This document shows positions 24,128-29,543 of a stretch of 29,543 bases of DNA, in pieces. A program made the translations under genes and the position numbers. The DNA is from an archaeon (lineage in GTDB: Archaea > SpSt-1190 > DYHY01), in NCBI GenBank assembly GCA_043803745.1, contig JAZDJS010000008.1:1-29543 (forward strand). The letters are read 5' to 3'. The first letter of the stretch is position 1. Every line of letters starts with the position of its first letter. The notes below the pieces were generated by a model. It saw nothing but the letters and a program-made list of their open reading frames with translations. It ran no database searches and was not told the origin of the DNA.

Positions 24128-24550
24128 CTAGAGAGCTTCCCGAATCTTCTTCGCGATTTCTTCCAGCTCTTCCCGTGTCAGGTGGACATGGACCGAGAAG
24201 TCGATTGTCTGCCCATGTCCGTCCCCGCCGAACCGCGGAAGGACCCAGATTGCCGCATGAGGAACCTGGTAGCCAAGTGTCAGGAACGATACTGCCGGCG
24301 CGCCCGAAGCCTTCTGGCTGGCAAGCCCGATTTTCTTCGCAAGCTCGAAGAATTCCCCGAACTCGGGAACGTCAATAGCCCATCTGTAATGCTTCTTCGG
24401 GATAACTAGGGTATGTCCGAAGACTTTCGGGTCAATCGAGAGGAAAGCGAGGTATTTCTCATCCTCGTAAACCTTGTATCTCGGAAGCTCGCGGGCGATT
24501 ATTTTGCAGAAAATGCATTCAGCTTCTTTGGATTCAACGGGGTTTTCCAT
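24128..24550 (-). CDS. HIT family protein with a degenerate histidine triad
   Basis: CIFCKI, AFLSIDP, GHTLVIPKKH; triad region reads VPHAAIWVLPR. Confidence 0.9.
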   Translation of the reverse strand: MENPVESKEAECIFCKIIARELPRYKVYEDEKYLAFLSIDPKVFGHTLVIPKKHYRWAIDVPEFGEFFELAKKIGLASQKASGAPAVSFLTLGYQVPHAAIWVLPRFGGDGHGQTIDFSVHVHLTREELEEIAKKIREAL

Positions 24551-24624
24551 CAGGTTTCCCGGGGACCGAGCAGGCTTAAATCATTTGTGAAATATCTCCA
24601 GGAAAAGCGGGCCAATAACAGACA

Positions 24625-24675
24625 CGGAACCGAACCGGAACCCAACGGGAACCCGACGGGAACCGAACCGGAAAC
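24625..24675. repeat. 11-bp intergenic tandem repeat (about 4.5 copies)
   Basis: CGGAACCGAAC CGGAACCCAAC GGGAACCCGAC GGGAACCGAAC CGGAAAC. Confidence 0.88.
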
Positions 24676-24831
24676 TTGCAAAATAACTGGAAAAATCAAT
24701 ATTTTCCGGATTTCAGGTCTTTTCGGGGACCATTCAATCTAACTAGGTTAATTTATGCCCTTTTCTAGCTCAGACACTTAACAATACTTATATACTACTT
24801 GAGGGTAATAATAGTTTAAGAGTGAAGAAAG

Positions 24832-25140
24832 ATGTTAACCGAAGAAGTGATGAAGGAAACCCCGCTAGTTGAATTTGAAGTTGACTCAATCGAAGTAACC
24901 GAGGAGGAGCTTCCCGACGGCTTCCGGATTCACGAGGAAGGTCATGCCCTTGGCGTTGACATCGAAAAGCATGGAGACAAGTTCAGGTACGTCACCCACT
25001 CCTGGGATGAGATACGAATGAAGCTTGCAAGAGACGTTGTCGAGGGGATAATTTCCGAAGCCGAAATCAAGCACGACTTTTCGGGGCTCGGGCGCAAGAT
25101 TGCCGAGGAGCTTGGGGAACTGGACTGTGCTGCGAAATAG
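24832..25140 (+). CDS. Small acidic protein with a HExxH motif
   Basis: IHEEGHALG; AT-rich promoter (CTTATATA) and GAGTGA upstream. Confidence 0.75.
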   Translation: MLTEEVMKETPLVEFEVDSIEVTEEELPDGFRIHEEGHALGVDIEKHGDKFRYVTHSWDEIRMKLARDVVEGIISEAEIKHDFSGLGRKIAEELGELDCAAK

Positions 25141-25152
25141 GCAGATAGCAAA

Positions 25153-25377
25153 ATGGTCGAAACAGCGCAGAAAAATCCTTCCGATATGTTTTATGTTGGA
25201 CCGGAAAGTTGGGAAGCGGCCTATAAGACGATGTGCGAATTGCAAATACATGGAGCCGTCGGAGGGAGAATATACAGGCGCGTTGCCAAGGCATTCGAAA
25301 TACTGCACGCATACCAGGAATTGGAAGCCGGCGGCAGGCCGCTTCTTTCGAAACCAAAACACGAACTGAAGCTGTGA
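25153..25377 (+). CDS. Small hypothetical protein
   Basis: 74-aa ORF starting 12 bp after the previous stop. Confidence 0.65.
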   Translation: MVETAQKNPSDMFYVGPESWEAAYKTMCELQIHGAVGGRIYRRVAKAFEILHAYQELEAGGRPLLSKPKHELKL

Positions 25378-25411
25378 GCCCAAGGGCGAGCCCAAGGGCG
25401 AGCCCAAGGAA
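25376..25411. repeat. 12-bp tandem repeat (3 copies)
   Basis: GAGCCCAAGGGC GAGCCCAAGGGC GAGCCCAAGGAA. Confidence 0.9.
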
Positions 25412-25454
25412 ACTCTGAAAGCTTTTTATTTCAGTTCAGCCTTCCTTAGCGTTG

Positions 25455-25889
25455 ATGCCTAAGAAACCCGAATTGAAACTGACCCTCTCGAAAAAGCTCC
25501 CTAAAAAGGATGAAAAATGGCGCCTTGCCCAGTGGAGGAAAATAAACCGCAAGCACAACTATTCCTGGAACGAGAGGAAATACTCCCTTTCCGCGAAAGA
25601 TTCAGCAGGAAAAATCCTCGGCTGCGCGAACTTCAAAATAAACGGAGGAGTCGGCTATCTGAAGGATTTGATTGTTTCGGAGGATTCCAGGAAAAAGGGG
25701 GTCGGAACCCTCATCCTCGGGAAATTCGAGGCAGTCTGCAGGAAAAAGAACTGCCACAAGCTCCAGCTGAAGACCGCGGATTTCATGGCGCGCCCCTTCT
25801 ATGAAAGGAACGGTTTCGTCTGCATGCACACGTTCGAGAACGACTGTTTCAAGTTTCGATGGTATCTCATGGAGAAACTGATCGGATGA
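25455..25889 (+). CDS. GNAT family N-acetyltransferase
   Basis: LIVSEDSRKKGVG acetyl-CoA motif A; ARPFYERNGF motif B. Confidence 0.92.
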   Translation: MPKKPELKLTLSKKLPKKDEKWRLAQWRKINRKHNYSWNERKYSLSAKDSAGKILGCANFKINGGVGYLKDLIVSEDSRKKGVGTLILGKFEAVCRKKNCHKLQLKTADFMARPFYERNGFVCMHTFENDCFKFRWYLMEKLIG

Positions 25890-26563
25890 ATCCCTCAATA
25901 GTAATCCCGGCAATTTCGGAGGAACGGAACCTTTCTATTCTCCTTCCGCAGCTGAGAAGGGCATTCCCCGGGGCGAAAACCCTCATTGTGACCGCCTCCG
26001 CCGAGAAAAAGATGCTCTCAAGAAAATTCCCGTCCGCTAACGTCCTTGCCTGCGATTCCGGATTCGGGCTCTCGGTTCTTGCAGGCCTCCGGGCTACCCA
26101 CCCGCCCGTAATTGTCCTTGACGGCGACCTCTCCCATTCTCCCTCCGATGCGAAAAAGATTTTGGAAATCTTCAGAAAAACCCGCCCGGCCCTCCTGATA
26201 GGCTCACGCTATTGTCCTGGGGGAAAGATTTCCGGTTGGCGCCCTTTCAGGCGTTTCCTTTCTTCCTTTGCAAACGGCTTTGCGCAAGCAGTTCTCCGGA
26301 CAAAAACCCTGGATTTGACTTCAGGTTTCAGGATTTACTCGGCTGAGGCGATTTCAGTCCTGAAGGCGGCGAAGAGGCTTCCCGTCCAGGCATACCCGTT
26401 CCAGCTTTCCTCGGCAGTTCTCCTTGAACGTTCCGGACTAGGGATTTCAGAAGTCCCAATCGAATTCACGGAACGAAAGTTCGGGCGCTCAAAGACGTTC
26501 TCTTTCCAGGCAATCTTCTCGTTTTTCTTGCAGGTCCTGCGTCTCGGAATCCAATCACTTTGA
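25886..26563 (+). CDS. GT2 glycosyltransferase, polyprenol-phosphate mannose synthase-like
   Basis: SIVIPA, VLDGDLSH, IGSRY..GG, DLTSGFRIY, EVPIEFTERKFGRSK; ATGA overlap with GNAT. Confidence 0.9.
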   Translation: MNPSIVIPAISEERNLSILLPQLRRAFPGAKTLIVTASAEKKMLSRKFPSANVLACDSGFGLSVLAGLRATHPPVIVLDGDLSHSPSDAKKILEIFRKTRPALLIGSRYCPGGKISGWRPFRRFLSSFANGFAQAVLRTKTLDLTSGFRIYSAEAISVLKAAKRLPVQAYPFQLSSAVLLERSGLGISEVPIEFTERKFGRSKTFSFQAIFSFFLQVLRLGIQSL

Positions 26564-27422
26564 AGTTCCTTATTTCTCCGAACTTTCTCTGCAAAAAGAG
26601 GGAAACCAGGATTTCCCTGTTGCTTTCCAACTTGCGCTCAAGAGCGCGCCGGTTCCTGAAAACCCCTTTTTCAACGAGCAGGGCGGACAGCCTTTGGAAT
26701 TTCCTTGATTTCACCCAGGCCCGCTTTGGGGAGAGGTTCTCCGCCCGCTCGAACCCAATCTTTCCAGACATCTCCAAGAAGCGGGCGGATTCCGTTACGA
26801 ACAGCCAGTCGGCGTCATATCGGATTTTCGCGAGGAAACACTCCCCGAAAGCTTTGGAAAACCTGCGGATAGTCTCGTTAGCTCCACGGAAATATCGGGG
26901 TGCGTTTGTTTCCTGCGCCCTCGCGCAAAGGGAGGAAATGGCAAGCCCGAGCTTTTCACGCCTCTTGATTGAAAAGAAAACGTTCTTCCCCCTTACCGGA
27001 AACTGCCTGCACATAAGCGGGCGCTTCCCGTAAATAGAGCATTTGCCTTCCTCAAGGAAGGGGCAGTTTTCAACAACCCAGAGCCAGTTTGCAACAACCG
27101 GCAGGCCGGATTCCGGGAAAAGGACGAACTGCCTTTCAAGGGTCAGTTTCTTTTCTTTCTTCACGGCTTCCTTTTTCAGCCGGTCGACTTCCCAGTCGAA
27201 GATCGAAATTCCTTCCGAGGCCTTCCGGGCAGCCAGATAGAAGGGACCCCGGCGGGCGTCCCAGAAATCCCTTCGCAGCTTTGCTTTCGGGAGATTTTCG
27301 CAGCAGCAGCCCCTCCTACTGCAGGAGAATTCCTTTGGCTCTTGGAAATAGTCCCCGAGCACGCGCCCCTGCAGGAATTTTCCAAAGTTCTTCCAGAAAA
27401 GCACCAGAGAACGGACGTTCAA
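26466..27422 (-). CDS. YkgJ family cysteine-cluster (CxxCxxCC-like) protein
   Basis: FSCSRRGCCC and CPFL...CSIYGKRPLMCRQFP; exact start uncertain. Confidence 0.8.
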   Translation of the reverse strand: MNVRSLVLFWKNFGKFLQGRVLGDYFQEPKEFSCSRRGCCCENLPKAKLRRDFWDARRGPFYLAARKASEGISIFDWEVDRLKKEAVKKEKKLTLERQFVLFPESGLPVVANWLWVVENCPFLEEGKCSIYGKRPLMCRQFPVRGKNVFFSIKRREKLGLAISSLCARAQETNAPRYFRGANETIRRFSKAFGECFLAKIRYDADWLFVTESARFLEMSGKIGFERAENLSPKRAWVKSRKFQRLSALLVEKGVFRNRRALERKLESNREILVSLFLQRKFGEIRNFKVIGFRDAGPARKTRRLPGKRTSLSARTFVP

Positions 27423-28252
27423 AGAACGTGATTCATTGCCTCTGGGATTGACTCGACAAGCCAGTGGGGGAGGACGCGCTTCCGCTTCCGGAGGCAGAGG
27501 TCCCCGGCAACCCCGTTGACCCAGGCGCCGGCAGCGCAGGATTCGAACGGCTTGAGCCCGCTCGACTGCGCCCAGAATGTCGCGACAATCCCTGCAAGGG
27601 TGTCCCCGGTTCCGCCGACAGTCATCTCCGGATTGTGCGTCCGGTTCTCCTCAATCTTCTTCCCATCGGTGATTATGTCAACTCCGCCCTTGAGAAGGAT
27701 CGTTGTCTTGAATTTTTCAGCCATCTTCCGGACCGCCTCCTTCCTTTTCTCGAAATCCTTTACGGGCGGGATTTTGCTGAAAAGAGTGAGATATTCGCGC
27801 TCGTGCGGGGTGAGGATCGATTTCTTCGGGATCACCTTCGCCTTGAAAGCATCGGCGTCGACAATTACGTTTGCCTTCATTTTTTCGAGCTTCTGTAGCA
27901 GGATGCCGACCGCCTCGATTGTTTCTTTCCTGTCGGAAAGCCCGTTCCCGACGACAACTACATCGGCTTTTGCGGCTTCGGCAAGAATCTGCTCAATATG
28001 CGAGCTGTTGAAGAATTCGCCAGCGAGTTTCAATGTTATCAGGTGCGGCGAGCAAGCGTTTATCGCCCACGCAACCTTTTCGGGAGCCGCGATTTTCACA
28101 ATGTCCGCCCCGGTTGCATAAGCGGCAAGGGCGACGAGGGTCGGCGAACCGACATATTCGGGAGACCCCCCGACAACAAGAATCCGTCCATAATCCCCCT
28201 TGTGGCTTGAGAAACTCCTCGGCTTGATTACCTGCTGCATATAGTGTTTCAT
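27419..28252 (-). CDS. nnrD: ADP-dependent NAD(P)H-hydrate dehydratase
   Basis: SHKGDYGRILVVGGS, VDADA, ILTPHERE, LLKGG, GGTGDTLAG. Confidence 0.95.
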   Translation of the reverse strand: MKHYMQQVIKPRSFSSHKGDYGRILVVGGSPEYVGSPTLVALAAYATGADIVKIAAPEKVAWAINACSPHLITLKLAGEFFNSSHIEQILAEAAKADVVVVGNGLSDRKETIEAVGILLQKLEKMKANVIVDADAFKAKVIPKKSILTPHEREYLTLFSKIPPVKDFEKRKEAVRKMAEKFKTTILLKGGVDIITDGKKIEENRTHNPEMTVGGTGDTLAGIVATFWAQSSGLKPFESCAAGAWVNGVAGDLCLRKRKRVLPHWLVESIPEAMNHVL

Positions 28253-28448
28253 TTTCTTACAACACACCTTGATGATTTTCTGAACCGTTTTGATGACAAT
28301 CCGTTTTTAAAAACAGTGTTTTCTTTGACTTAATTGTACAAAAGAGGGCAAAAAGAGAAGTGAATTGGCCCTGAAAAGTAATCTTTTTGGAAAATTTCCC
28401 TACTCCGCAAACTAGAAAACCCTGCTTTGGGCGGGGGAAGATTGACCC

Positions 28449-28670
28449 TTATTTCTTATCTTCCTTGCTTGCGCTCATTGCGAAAACAACAAGGCCCACA
28501 ATTCCCGCCGCTATGAGCGCGTAAACGAGGAACTGGCTTGAGAAGTTTATTCCGGACAGCCCGAAAATATCCTTCCAGCCCGGCGTCGTTACAACGAGCA
28601 ATATTATCACCGCAAAAGCGCCGAGCAGAACTATCGTCTTGTTTATTACCGGTTTTGAGTCTTCTCCCAT
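28449..28670 (-). CDS. Small two-TM membrane protein
   Basis: Two hydrophobic segments; GAGAGGG upstream. Confidence 0.8.
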   Translation of the reverse strand: MGEDSKPVINKTIVLLGAFAVIILLVVTTPGWKDIFGLSGINFSSQFLVYALIAAGIVGLVVFAMSASKEDKK

Positions 28671-28775
28671 GTCTTCTTCCCTCTCACATTATTTCATTCA
28701 TATTTCCAGGTTCGGACATCCTCAGATGGTCCAGCCCTGCTGGAGATTTCGGGTTTCCCTAACGGGTTACGTCCT

Positions 28776-29099
28776 TCAATCTCCCTTCGTGTTCCGGCTG
28801 ACAAACGCGTTGACAACCAAAACTATCAGGACTATAATCAGCAGTATCCCCGCCTTGCCAAGTAGCCAGGAAAGGAAATCCCCGACAATCGGCATGCTTC
28901 CAAGGAAAAGGGTTGCAATAAGCGCCGCTACCGCAGATATTGCGGCCGCAAGCCAGACTTCCTCGACAACCTTCGAGCCCTTGAGCGCAACGAACATCAC
29001 CAGGAATATCAGCACGAACGGCAGGACAATCGAATAGACTCCCTGCTGGACTGCCTGGTCAATTACACCCTCAAGTGCGTTTGCGAAAAGATATGTCAT
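28776..29099 (-). CDS. Three-TM membrane protein
   Basis: GVYSIVLPFVLIFLVMFVAL and two further hydrophobic segments; start ATG 29099 (or GTG 29114). Confidence 0.8.
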   Translation of the reverse strand: MTYLFANALEGVIDQAVQQGVYSIVLPFVLIFLVMFVALKGSKVVEEVWLAAAISAVAALIATLFLGSMPIVGDFLSWLLGKAGILLIIVLIVLVVNAFVSRNTKGD

Positions 29100-29170
29100 T
29101 TTTTTCTTCCTCACTTCATTTGATTTATTGTTGGTTCGGACCTCGGCATCCGCCTCAGCCCCTCTTTTAC

Positions 29171-29543
29171 TTACTTTGGCTTGTCGTCTCCCTTCACGAA
29201 TATCGCGATCAATCCGACGATTCCGGCAGCAACCGCGATTCCGACGAGGACGTTGTTGTCAATCTCAATCTTGGTTCCGAAAAGTATCAGCCAGCTGTCC
29301 GGGCTTGAGTTCAGGGCGAAGATTATCAGGCCGACGGCAATCCCGAAGCAGACGATCGCATACTTCCATTCTTCCCCCGTCTTGACCATTTCGTTGGTCT
29401 TTATCACCCTGAAGATGAAGGTTGAAATCATCAGCGCGAACATCAGCACAAGCATTGTTATGAAGCTCTTCCCCGAGAAAATCGAGATGAACCTCCCTAC
29501 AAGGAAGACTCGCGCGAAATAGAGCATGAAAAGCCCGAGTATC
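29171..29543 (-). CDS. Multi-pass membrane protein (5' end outside the window)
   Basis: Frame is open to the window edge; at least 3 hydrophobic segments. Confidence 0.8.
   Translation of the reverse strand, partial: ILGLFMLYFARVFLVGRFISIFSGKSFITMLVLMFALMISTFIFRVIKTNEMVKTGEEWKYAIVCFGIAVGLIIFALNSSPDSWLILFGTKIEIDNNVLVGIAVAAGIVGLIAIFVKGDDKPK

Noticed and set aside
28269-28296. Two TGATGA boxes and a CTGA (C/D sRNA-like)
   Set aside because: Only 4 nt between box C and CTGA, and no properly spaced final D box.
1-29543. tRNA genes, transposases, integrases
   Set aside because: No cloverleaf with a T-loop consensus in intergenic space and no recombinase motifs seen by eye; a tRNAscan/ISEScan run would be needed to exclude them fully.

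Overview
Chromosomal window from an archaeon, most likely of the DPANN type. This assignment is an inference from Kae1, rpS27ae, rpL35Ae, an unlinked 5S rRNA, TATA-box/leaderless starts and DPANN-style orphan families. The window holds housekeeping genes (kae1, rps27ae, rpl35ae, trmO/tsaA, parvulin, nnrD, HIT, GNAT, GT2) and a glycogen cluster (GT3 glycogen synthase, amylo-alpha-1,6-glucosidase, GH57, DUF5752-like). There is also an accessory block. The most striking element is four highly diverged proteasome-beta/HslV-like Ntn-hydrolase paralogues (10247-14151). Three form an ATGA-coupled operon. All four start with Ser/Thr after the initiator Met, and three have Cys in the GSG-loop region. 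No alpha subunit or AAA ATPase lies in the window. Next to them is a module of two nucleotidyltransferase-HEPN-like paralogues plus a split TIM-barrel metalloenzyme. Non-coding oddities are a 5S-like mini element and repeated 5S 3'-end motifs downstream of the 5S gene, a micro-ORF echoing the Kae1 C-terminus, and related 11-12 bp tandem repeats. All family calls come from motif recognition by eye; no database searches were run.
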